Shown here piece by piece: positions 1 to 9,701 of a stretch of DNA of 32,000 nucleotides (position 1 is its first letter; every line of letters begins with the position of its first letter). This DNA is from Zygophlyctis sp. KS116 (lineage: Eukaryota; Fungi; Chytridiomycota). The notes under the pieces were generated by a model that searched no databases, was not told the origin of the DNA, and saw only the letters and a program-made list of their open reading frames with translations. A program made the translations under genes and the position numbers. The stretch lies in the NCBI GenBank assembly GCA_054661495.1, contig BAAFSQ010000084.1:1-32000 (forward strand), in the 5' to 3' direction.

Positions 1-341
1 AAGTCACAGAGGCAAAAAAGTCAGAAGCGCCAACGATGCCAATGCCACCAGTCTTCAATGCCCCAGCATTTAATTGGGGCTCTTCATTTAGTTCGCATTC
101 AGCAGTGGAAAAAAATGTGTTTGAAAGCACATCTGTTCCTTCTTTTGGCGATTCCTCTCTTGGTGGCCAACAATCCGCTTTTGGTTTTGGTTCTTTCTCT
201 GCTGCACCATCGAGTCTTAGTGTTGGCTTCTCATTTGGAAATACAAATTCATTAGGTGCAGGTTTTACATTTGGTGCATCTGCTGCTACCGTTGATAAAG
301 ACTCCACAGATACTAAAAACAAAGAAACAAAGTCAGAATAA
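1..341 (+). CDS. 3' end of a gene with an FG/FxFG-rich low-complexity C-terminus (nucleoporin-like); 5' part outside the window
   Basis: Frame is open from the window edge to TAA at 339-341; contains PSFG, AFGFG, FSFG and FTFG motifs. Identity not determinable. Confidence 0.5.
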   Translation, partial: VTEAKKSEAPTMPMPPVFNAPAFNWGSSFSSHSAVEKNVFESTSVPSFGDSSLGGQQSAFGFGSFSAAPSSLSVGFSFGNTNSLGAGFTFGASAATVDKDSTDTKNKETKSE

Positions 342-371
342 ACCAGTTTATTGAATGAATTATACAAATGC

Positions 372-2533
372 CTATTTTGACGACCTTTTTAATAAAGAAA
401 ATATTCCTTTGGATATACTCTTTTTTTTCTTTATATCGGTGGAAGGCTAAAGTTATTCATTAATTTTATTACCGTTGCATATACGCTGTTGTAAAATCCT
501 CTATTTTCTAATTCGATTTCTACTTCTTCATCAAAAAGTTGAGATATATAAGGGGCCATCGTGCTTTCTTTCAATGTACGAGTGAAACTTTCAGAGCTAT
601 CATTTGCATTAGTTTTTCCATATTTTGGACTTGCATAATGCGTCAGTGTCCATGGATGTGCCAAAACGTCAACGACAGACAACCTATCATCTGGATTTTT
701 AGCAAGCATTCCTTTTGTTTTAAATTGAACATATAATACCTCTAAGAAGATCTTTGACCTCTTCATTTAAATCATTCGCCAGTACCAGCTGACACGCAGA
801 AATTCTTTCGTAAAGTTGTAACATATTTCTATCATTATCTGACTCAAAAGGATATCTTCCAGTTAACATATTATATCTAAGTAATTATCGTGTTTAATCA
901 AATTACAAGGTGACTCCTGCAGCCCACACATCGACTATCCATTAATTTACAAATTTCTTGCCTTTTTCTCCATCATACTCTTCCATTCCTGATGTTATTT
1001 CGGGGGAGAGAAACTGATGAGTTCCCGCAAAGGTACTGGTCGTCATTTTTTGATTACTATAAATATCAAATTGTTCGGCTACTCCAAAATCACTAACATT
1101 CAGAACTTTCGCCTGAGTAATAAGCATATTTCCCGGCTTAATATCTCGATGAATTACATTCTGAGCGTGTAAATAATTCAAACCTTGCATCAATTGACAG
1201 AAAAAGTAATGTGATCTTTCAATCGTAAATTTTTTCCCTTCAGATTGATCCAAAAGTCCCTGAAGTGTCCAAGGGCAGTACTGAAAAATCAGATAAAACT
1301 TAATGATATTGACTTTTAAATCTTTTCTAGATCCATCTTCATATACCCAAGTAATTGGTTCATTTTCAATATTTTCAAACCAGGGAAAAACGCCCGTAGA
1401 TCCTTTATTGTCTTCCACTTTACAGTAAACATCAATAAGACTGATAATATTTTCGTTTTTAAATTTTCGAAGTAGTTTGATTTCTCTAAGATTTTTAAAA
1501 TGTATTAACAATACCTTATAATGCTCTGCACTCCATTAGGAACTTTTCGTGCTCTTTTTTTGGAGATGATTTTCACTGCAACCCGAAGAAGCGTTTCAGT
1601 ACAAATACCTTCCTTCACCTTCCCAAACGCACCTTTTCCAACCTGATCGCCAATAAGGAATCGCCCAATAGTTTTGATTTTTTTTGTTGTACTGCTGGGA
1701 GCTATCTCGGATGATTCAATTCTATTTATGAAATTGAGACTTCCTGCACCCATATGCTGCGAACTATATACATAATTGTAGTAATCTGCATTAGTATTCA
1801 TCGGAGCTTGATTTACTTCAGTTAGGACATATTCAGATAAAATAACTTCTCTATCAACACCAACGTGAAAACTTGAACCAATATCCCGTTGGTGTAAATG
1901 CATACTTAGAGGCATAAGAGAGGATACTGGTAGAGAAGATCTACGTTGATGAATGATATTGGGTGGTTGATTAACGGTAGAAGGTGCATTTATGGAGGAT
2001 CGTCTTGATAAAGTTGCAATATTTGCAATTACAGAATTCCTCCTTGAGATATTTATATTTACTACTGATGGCTGTCTACTAGACGGTGAAATTCCCATTA
2101 AAAGAATCATTTTTTGAGATGATTGCTGCTGTAACTCGTACTGAAACTCCATAACTTGATCTTTAATTTCTGTTTGAAAGATTATTTCAGAAGTTTTAGT
2201 TGGAAATAAAGCATCTTGTGACCTTAATGCTCCCAGCTGCCGTTGTATTGATGACATTGAGTCGGGAATGTTTTGTGAAGACAGAGATGGTATTCTTGCT
2301 GATAATGGTATTGTATTCTTCGAATCATCATCATTAGTACGATTGAGCCTATTTGTGATACTATGAAGGCTAGAATTGCTTCGTGAAGTTAAACTTTTCA
2401 ATGGATACAACTTAAAGACTGGCTTTGGAATAATAGTTGATAATGGTGCCTCGTACTGTGTAAAGTCTGTAAGATTCACTTCTTCCTGTGATGCGCAGCC
2501 ATACTTGGGAAGGGGCGGAAGGGTGGAATCCAT
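372..2533 (-). CDS. STK11: Ser/Thr kinase, LKB1/STK11-like, with a long Ser-rich N-terminal extension
   Basis: FINRIESSEI..KTIGRFLIGDQVGKGAFGKVKEGICTETLLRVAVKIISKKRARKVPNG matches the LKB1 N-lobe; also HRDIKPGN, DFG and KVDVWAAGVTLYNM. Introns 1486-1514 (29 nt), 935-961 (27, GC-AG), 877-906 (30), 712-739 (28) and 447-472 (26) restore one frame ending TAG at 374-372. Confidence 0.85.
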
Positions 2534-2575
2534 ATTCTAGTTGGAAAATAGCTTCTAAGACGCGAAATGTCCGAT

Positions 2576-3865
2576 TTATTTCGTCTTTAATTTTGTTGAA
2601 TCTCGATAATACAAGATTATTGCACTAAATAGTACAAAAGAAATCATCATTGACCAAGAAGCAGCATAGTAAGGATACGCGACAACCAAAAATCGCGGAT
2701 ATTGATCGTGACGATATGGTCTTACTTGAACAGTTTCAGAGTGCTCCAAAAAACTTGCTCCTCGTCTCTTATAATCCAAAGAAAATTTAAACACACCATA
2801 CTTGTCTGGAAGCTTAAAATCAACTCTATGAGTTGAATCAGTTGATTGTTTTGGAGGAATTATAAAAGTACGTATATAAGGATCCAACATTAAAACTTCA
2901 AATTGAGCATCTTTAATAGACGCAGGAACCCACTTTCCAGCTTTTTTTTCAAGAATATCAACTTCAAAAGTCTAATCATCAAATATTCTAAATTATTACC
3001 AGATCATCATTAATCCTATAGATTCCATGCTGAGTAGAACCATTTCTAAAATGATGTCTAGGATTTTCCAATTTAAAAACAGATTTCTCTTGAGTAATCC
3101 AAAAGACAAGATCCTTTATAAATTCAAAATTACCATTGGCAACTGATTTGCCATTGACCAGGACTTTCTTATCCAAAGTCCTTTCAAAATTATTAAAAAA
3201 AACTCTTACTCATCAGTAAAGAAATCAATTGATCCACAGAAACCTACTCTTGCATTATTCCTAGCCTGCATAACACTCACTAGTCCAACATCATTCCCAA
3301 GAATTGGATTCCCATCCATCCATTCATTATCGCCTAAAGCATAAGAGTAAGAAGAAGGATATCCAGTCAATAGAGAAAATACCAGATTATTCTTTCCAGA
3401 AAGCTTATGGCCAATCCCCTTGTACAACAAGGGCGCACTCGGCTTTGAAAATACATAAGAATTTTGAATTACATTTGGAATAACATATCCATCCTGAGTA
3501 TTAAAAGAGTCAAAAACTCTAGTTTTTGCTTCATCGAATTCAACAGAGAATTCAATTGCGAAATCACGAACTGCATCCTTTACGTCTTCTGATGCACAAA
3601 GCAATACATTCCCACCGTCATTTACAAAATCCATCAATACCCCCATTTCTAGAGTACCTTTAAATGATTTTACGTCTTTCAAAACAATTACAGAGTCATA
3701 AACTCTTTCCCCAAACGAAAATAAATCTGGAACTTGCGATGATTCTTCGACTGTATGATGAACTTGAAGAAACTTTTTAAATTTGTCCATGGATGTATCA
3801 TCCTTTAGCAATAAGATGGAACTGGCCAGTGCAGTGCCAAAGAAAAGGCTCAAGAACGACTTCAT
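2576..3865 (-). CDS. WBP1: Oligosaccharyltransferase subunit Wbp1/OST48 (DDOST)
   Basis: Signal peptide, LVSVMQARNNARV-FCGSIDFFTD, MLDPYIR, FKLPDKYGVFKF, YPRFL..AYPYY, C-terminal TM and KxKxK ER-retrieval tail. Introns 3181-3209 (29 nt) and 2972-2999 (28 nt). Confidence 0.93.
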
Positions 3866-3904
3866 AAGGGTAAAATTGCCTAAACTAAAAACTATTATTA
3901 AAAA

Positions 3905-6160
3905 TCATGTTTGATCGCTTGCTTTAGGATCATTATGAGCTTCTAGCTCATTAATTATAATATCTTTATCTGCATCAAATGATACTTTTTTAACTGGATC
4001 TTGACTACCATCTTTAATGGATTTTGTTTCGATATTCTCGCGTTGATACTTTAGTGATGTTTCTCGGTAAGTAATCGTTTCTGATCTCATTTCATTTTCT
4101 AATGTGACTGCACCAGTTTTCCAGATTCCACCGGCTGATTTGATAACAGTTTGAGTTGGACCAGACTTTAATGGAGTTATAATGGCTAATGGTAGAATTC
4201 CTCTCTTCCTGTTCTGAGTAATGTTTTGGGCTTTTGCCCAGCCATCATCATAGACTTTTTCGATACCAATCAAATCACCAATAGCTACATCCAATTCATC
4301 TCTTTCTGAAGGTATATATTTTCTTATCACCACATGAGAAGTAGGTGCAGGGGGAGCCCATTTATCTAAATCATCTTCAAATTCTTCTTCTTCTGGTTTG
4401 CTTAAAGGTTCCAAATCAATTGATTTGTTATGCATAATTGTTGTCTGCTCTGTTATTACTACTGCACCAGAAATATCTTCCATGTTTGTATCAAGATTAT
4501 GTAGGATTTCTGTGCTGTTGGCCACTGCAGAAGCAATTTCTTGACTGTTTGGATAATGAGTGTCAATAAGGTCCGTCTGTTTTGTCTGTTTATCTAGTAT
4601 GTCGCTATCAATATTATTAGAGGTTTGATTATCTGAATCATCTACAACAACTTTATCTGCTTTAATTGAATTCAAACTTTTATCATTTTCATTTTCCACT
4701 TTAGAATCTGTGAAATTTGCTGCTTTAGTCCCTTTAATAATATCTATAGGTGACACAGGGTCAGTGACCATCTTTCCGTCAATCTTTGCATGACGAACCA
4801 TAGGAGGCAATACATAGACTTCCTTTCCTTGTGAATCGAGTACCAGGTTGCTATTAAGAGGACTTTGACTGGCAAAATCTTCATATAATAATTCAGAAGG
4901 GAAATCTTCGTTGCTTTTGGAATCTTGACCAATATCCTTCTTCTTTGAAAAGAATGGGATTAAAAATCCTCCCTTTTTACCATTGTTATTGGCGACTGAT
5001 AGGTTTTCTTGATCATCTATACCATTTTTCTTATCAAATAATTTAAATATGGAAGATTTTGAAGTTTCCTCTTGAGAATTATTAGATTTCTTTTTGCTTG
5101 TAGTTAAAAATAGTGGCAAAATTCCTGAAAATCCACTCTTGGGATTATTATTTGGAGAATAGTCTGATTTTTTTGCTTCAAAATCTCCAATATTTTGCGC
5201 TTCGAGATCTCCAATATTTTGCGCTTCGAGATCTCCAATATTTTGCGCTTCGAGATCTCCAATATTTTGCGCTTCGAGATCTCCAAGTAGCATAGAAGAT
5301 TTATCTGAAGGAGATGAGGGTACCCAATGAGAAAATCCTTCAGAAGACTTACTAGCTCCAATATTAGCAGTTTCATTCTCTTTGAGATTCTCTTTTGATT
5401 TTGACTCATCACTTGCTAAAAGCGCGAACCAATTAGTTAGTCCCCCATTTGCATCCTGATTTCCAGTAGTAGGATCAGCTCCGATATTAGCAGTCTCGTT
5501 ATCTTCGAATTTATCTTGAGATGACTTTTTACGTTTTTCTGACCAACACCAAGCCCATAAAATTAAGAGTAAAATCAAGAGAAATAATGTACCAAAAACA
5601 GCCAAAATGATTATATCTCTTTGAGACAGAGCTGATCCATAAGAAGTAACCGGACCATCACCTTGAGGAGGTAAACTTCCAGGATTATTATTATTTGGTG
5701 GACCGACTACGCCAGGTCCAGGCACAGATCCCGGTGGATTTGGATTTCCAATTGGATTCCCTGGAAGAGGACCATTAGAGCCTCCTGGATTTCCAGTAAC
5801 AGGAAAACCAGTTTGTGGATCAATCGGGATCCCAGTCACAAGATCAGTAGGCCGCCCCGTCGCTGGATCGACTGGCCGCCCAGAAACCGGAGTAACTGGA
5901 ATAACCGGGGGTATAAATGGTATGCCTGGACGTCCAGGAGTATTCCTTATATGCCCAGGCGGTGGGACTATGATTAAATCTGGATCTCCATAACTGTAGC
6001 CACCAGGATCTCTAATATACTCATATTTTGAATGATCTAAACATAAAATATAAAAAAACTTACATCTTGAGTATCTAGATTTCAGTGATTTCATTGATTT
6101 TGCTGAATGCATTGCTAATGCACTTGTAGAGTATAGAATTATAATGTGCTTCCAGAGCAT
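3905..6160 (-). CDS. Single-pass type I membrane protein: signal peptide, Pro/Gly-rich ectodomain, TM, disordered tail, C-terminal SH3 domain
   Basis: MLWKHIIILYSTSALA signal-like start at 6160 (the ORF extends to 6193); TM IIILAVFGTLFLLILLLILWAW; SH3 HVVIRKYIPSERDELDVAIGDLIGIEKVYDDGWAKA..RGILPLA. Probable in-frame intron 6037-6063. Confidence 0.75.
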   Translation of the reverse strand: MLWKHIIILYSTSALAMHSAKSMKSLKSRYSRCKFFYILCLDHSKYEYIRDPGGYSYGDPDLIIVPPPGHIRNTPGRPGIPFIPPVIPVTPVSGRPVDPATGRPTDLVTGIPIDPQTGFPVTGNPGGSNGPLPGNPIGNPNPPGSVPGPGVVGPPNNNNPGSLPPQGDGPVTSYGSALSQRDIIILAVFGTLFLLILLLILWAWCWSEKRKKSSQDKFEDNETANIGADPTTGNQDANGGLTNWFALLASDESKSKENLKENETANIGASKSSEGFSHWVPSSPSDKSSMLLGDLEAQNIGDLEAQNIGDLEAQNIGDLEAQNIGDFEAKKSDYSPNNNPKSGFSGILPLFLTTSKKKSNNSQEETSKSSIFKLFDKKNGIDDQENLSVANNNGKKGGFLIPFFSKKKDIGQDSKSNEDFPSELLYEDFASQSPLNSNLVLDSQGKEVYVLPPMVRHAKIDGKMVTDPVSPIDIIKGTKAANFTDSKVENENDKSLNSIKADKVVVDDSDNQTSNNIDSDILDKQTKQTDLIDTHYPNSQEIASAVANSTEILHNLDTNMEDISGAVVITEQTTIMHNKSIDLEPLSKPEEEEFEDDLDKWAPPAPTSHVVIRKYIPSERDELDVAIGDLIGIEKVYDDGWAKAQNITQNRKRGILPLAIITPLKSGPTQTVIKSAGGIWKTGAVTLENEMRSETITYRETSLKYQRENIETKSIKDGSQDPVKKVSFDADKDIIINELEAHNDPKASDQT
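5183..5286. repeat. 24-nt perfect tandem repeat, about 4.3 copies, encoding GDLEAQNI
   Basis: Unit atctccaatattttgcgcttcgag starts at 5183, 5207, 5231 and 5255, plus a partial copy at 5279. Confidence 0.95.
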
Positions 6161-6310
6161 TGACTGATGAGAATTTTTAATAATTTGAAACAACTGGACG
6201 CCTTTGAAACAGGTTTAGAAAACCGACTCTGAACGGTCACATTGATAATGATTAATTGATTTTCGTAATGAAATGCAATAACTGATCTCTTATCAAAAAT
6301 ACAGGGGTTA

Positions 6311-6731
6311 ATGCTCAAAAAACTCATGTCCCTGACTCAAGTGTCTACAGAATTAGCTCCAAAAGCGATCGGTCCTTATTCTCAAGCGATCAAGGCCAAT
6401 GGATTTGTATTTACAGCTGGACAAATTCCTCTTGATCCTAAAACTATGGAGGTAGTTGAAGGCGGAATCCAAGAGCAAACGAGACAGTCTCTGATGAATT
6501 TAGAACAAGTCCTCAAGGCTTCCGGATCTGATTTTTCCAAAGTAGTAAAAACTACAGTCTTTCTAAAGGTAATTATTAAATATAATATTTTAGGATATGA
6601 ATGATTTTGCAAAGATGAATGAGACTTATACTCTACATTTTGGCGATAACAGACCTGCGCGATCTGCAGTTCAAGTATCTAGATTACCAAGAGATGTACT
6701 AGTTGAAATTGAAGCTGTTTCTTTATTATAA
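6311..6731 (+). CDS. ridA: RidA/YjgF/UK114 2-iminoacid deaminase
   Basis: [27 protein letters not shown]|[26 protein letters not shown]. Intron 6569-6593 (25 nt). Start at 6311 or 6326. Confidence 0.95.
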
Positions 6732-6754
6732 ATAATAAAAATAATTTCGATTTC

Positions 6755-7484
6755 TTATTTTCCTGCAATGGGAATTGTCAACTGTGCTGATTTCTTATTA
6801 CGCATCAGTGCAAGATCTCCACGAGGGAAATCTTTTACAGTTTCAAAATTCTTTTCGGGATAATCCATCCAAGTTTGTACTCCATATCTCTTGGATTGTT
6901 CAACTGATGGTAGAAATATATCTACTTTATGGCCATGAGAATCAGTAGATGGCGTAGACTCTAAAATATCAACCAATTTCTGGGAAGAGTATTGAAATCC
7001 AGTATGATTCAAGGTATTAATTCTAATAAATTTACAGATTCAGTAGATTTCCCAGCAGGTTTAGAGACATCCGGACTTTTAGGAAATCCATCAACTTTAG
7101 AATTGGCCTTCATCTGACTTAAATAATGATTTTCAATTTGATCTTGTCCTTGCAAATCAGACTTTTTAGTGATTTTAGCTCTAACATTAAATTATTAAAA
7201 ATAAATCTTACGATTGTCTCTCAATAAACTTGTTTGAATCATCAAAACATAAAAACCACAAATGATCTCTTGGTTCTTGTCTTGGCTTTTGAGAATCATT
7301 GACTGCCTTTGCTTTATTAGTGTAATCAGATGAATGTGTTGTTTTATAAGTTTCCTAAAATTAAAAAACTATAAATTACTGAATGAAATCCATAATCCCA
7401 AATTGCCTTACAAGACTCTGTTTTATTATTCTTTTTCACTTCCTTTTGTGGAGTTCCAGGTCTCTTGATAGCAAAATAAGACAT
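6755..7484 (-). CDS. Hypothetical protein (about 215 aa), weak resemblance to axonemal microtubule-inner-protein motifs
   Basis: ATG at 7484; canonical introns 7355-7379 (25 nt) and 7181-7211 (31 nt) give an open frame. The third intron is either 7010-7035 (GT-TG, 26 nt) or 6980-7035 (GT-AG, 56 nt) and joins the ORF ending at 6755. Confidence 0.65.
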
Positions 7485-7512
7485 GAAAACGTCAGATTAA
7501 AAATGTCCGATT

Positions 7513-8288
7513 TTATTCACCATTGACTGTTAATGTTGCAGAGACTAAATCATTCATTTTTGGAAAATTCATCTTTTCCTCTAATGCATTCTAAAATAAA
7601 TCATTAAATATTTTTACCTGTGCCCAAATCAACATTTTCAAAAGATTTGGTAATTTTGGGTCCTTATCTTGACTCTGTGATGTTAAAATTGCTGCATTAA
7701 GTTCTGAAGCTGTTTTTTGCCTTTGAGAAGCCTCTAATAAATCTCCTACTGGAGAAGTAGAAATACTATCAAATGCTAATAGAGCCATTGTACGCTCCAA
7801 TTCCAACAAGAATTCAGGCTTTTCCTTTAATCAAAGTAATTTACATTTTCTTCTCCTCTTGGAGCTAATTCCTGTTGAGCAAAAATAATTGCTTCATTAA
7901 TTTTATCTGCACGAATAAATTCAATTAGTTTTTGTTGTTGAAGATGAAAATAGAGAGCAGGATTTGTATCTAAAATCTACAATTAAATGAAAAATAGTAC
8001 TTCTGGGTCCAAATCGTTAACTTTTTCGATCGCTTCATCAATATTTCCACTTTCGACAGCAGTTCTTACATTCATTCTTTCTTGTATTGTACTCAAATCT
8101 ACATTTGGAGGAATATTGGCTTCTTTAGAAAACTTCTCTGCTGCGTCCTTGTATCCTTGAATGACTAGATAGTTCATGACAAGTTTATTTATATCACTAG
8201 CATTTAATCTAAATTATTACGTTTTATTTATATCTACACTGGCTAGTTTAGACTCCCATTCAGGCGTTGAAATTGACTTTTTTGACAT
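7513..8288 (-). CDS. GID8: GID/CTLH complex subunit Gid8/TWA1 (LisH-CTLH-CRA)
   Basis: INKLVMNYLVIQGYKDAAEKF, PEILDTNPALYFHLQQQKLIE, LELERTMALLAF, RQKTASELNAAIL. Introns 8197-8220 (24 nt), 7977-8000 (24), 7819-7844 (26) and 7591-7617 (27). Confidence 0.93.
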
Positions 8289-8385
8289 TTTTCAAACGCG
8301 AGCCTAGACAAACGTGGAATCTTGCACTTTACTCTCGCTACGGTGATCATTCATCTTTAGCATGTGCATCCTCCTTGAGTCATGA

Positions 8386-9664
8386 TTATCGCTCAACAAG
8401 TGATCTTTGTAAATCAGATATAATACGTCCAGTCTCTAGTACATACTCATGAGACATCCCAAAAGTCTGTGATAGGACCCGATAAGACTCTATAGTCATC
8501 TCTAAAACTTGTTGTAAAGGGTAGAGTGGAGTCTCTAAATACATCAAGTATTTAATTCTCTTGTACATTAGAAATCCAAGATGAGTTGAGAGTCTTGTTT
8601 TTGTAATCTTTTTGTACTCTAAAATTTGATCAGAGAGAGTTGGTATTAATTCTTCAAGTAAATTCTCTTGATCTAAAACCTTGATTAATTCTTGTCGTGT
8701 TTCTAAAGCATATTCATGTCCTGAATCTACTACTTCAAGTAGATTTTCTAATTGAATTTTTAGTTTTTGAGAATTTAGAGACTTTAAATTTTGTTTAGAT
8801 GGTAGTTGTAAATCAAAATCACAAAATTCACATCTCAAGTAGAGTGAATTTGTTGTTTTTAAACAGTTTTGATTTTGACACTAATTTTAGATTTCCCCTA
8901 AAAATTACCTTTATAAAATCTCTTGAATCTTGAATTTTTAGAGTACAAATATCACAATTACATTTAAAATTCCAACCTCTTAATTCCTTTAAACGACTAG
9001 TAGTATTTAAAGTAAATGGAACATAATTAGTAGTAATTTCTTGACCTTTTTTAATCTCTTGACTAGCAAAAACAGTCAAAGTTTTTCCTTTAAAACAAAA
9101 AATAGTATTTTCACTACAATCATGATTTAAAAGACTTGCCAATGGAAATAATCCCACTGCAACATTTTCAAAGTCTGAATTTGTGATTCCAATTACATTT
9201 GTATCTAAAATTTGAGAAATTGCAATAAAATCCTTGAAATCCAATTTTTGATCTAAAATTTCCCAACATTTTTCAAAATTACTAGAGAAACTTGTAGTCT
9301 TTGAATTCCTAGATAAATTTAATTTTTCCAATTCATTTTTTAGAAGCAGAGATCTAAGAATTAATCTAGTTTGAGTATTAATTTCAGATCCTTTTAAATT
9401 TGTCAATCCTTTACATTCCAGTGTATGACTCTTGTAATCCCATGACTGACATTCTCTTGAACAATAATAAACTTGACAACAATTACTACATTTCTTTGTA
9501 GCAAATTTAAAACAATTCTGACAAGATTCCTTGTTTAAAGGAGAATATAGAATAGAGTCTTCTTGCAGTAGTCTAGTCCCTTGTTTAATATCTGTAGTTG
9601 CAATCCAACAGGTCCCTCTTTCCTCTAATCTAGAAATTTCAAACATTTTAAACGAATTTGACAT
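8386..9664 (-). CDS. SET and MYND domain lysine methyltransferase (SMYD family)
   Basis: MYND finger CQNC..CSNC..YYCSRECQ..H..EC; SET motif GLFPLASLLNHDC.EN; post-SET FKCNCDIC. Intron 8881-8908 (28 nt). Confidence 0.88.
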
Positions 9665-9698
9665 TAGTGACGAGGGTTTACATTAGTGACGAGGGTCT
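9661..9698. repeat. 19-nt direct repeat (2 copies) forming the whole SMYD/OCRL divergent intergenic region
   Basis: acattagtgacgagggttt (9661-9679) and acattagtgacgagggtct (9680-9698), one mismatch. Confidence 0.9.
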
Positions 9699-9701
9699 AC
9701 A

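Noticed and set aside
5183-5286. CRISPR-like array (also considered 19907-20232)
   Set aside because: These are head-to-tail repeats without spacers, in-frame within eukaryotic CDSs.
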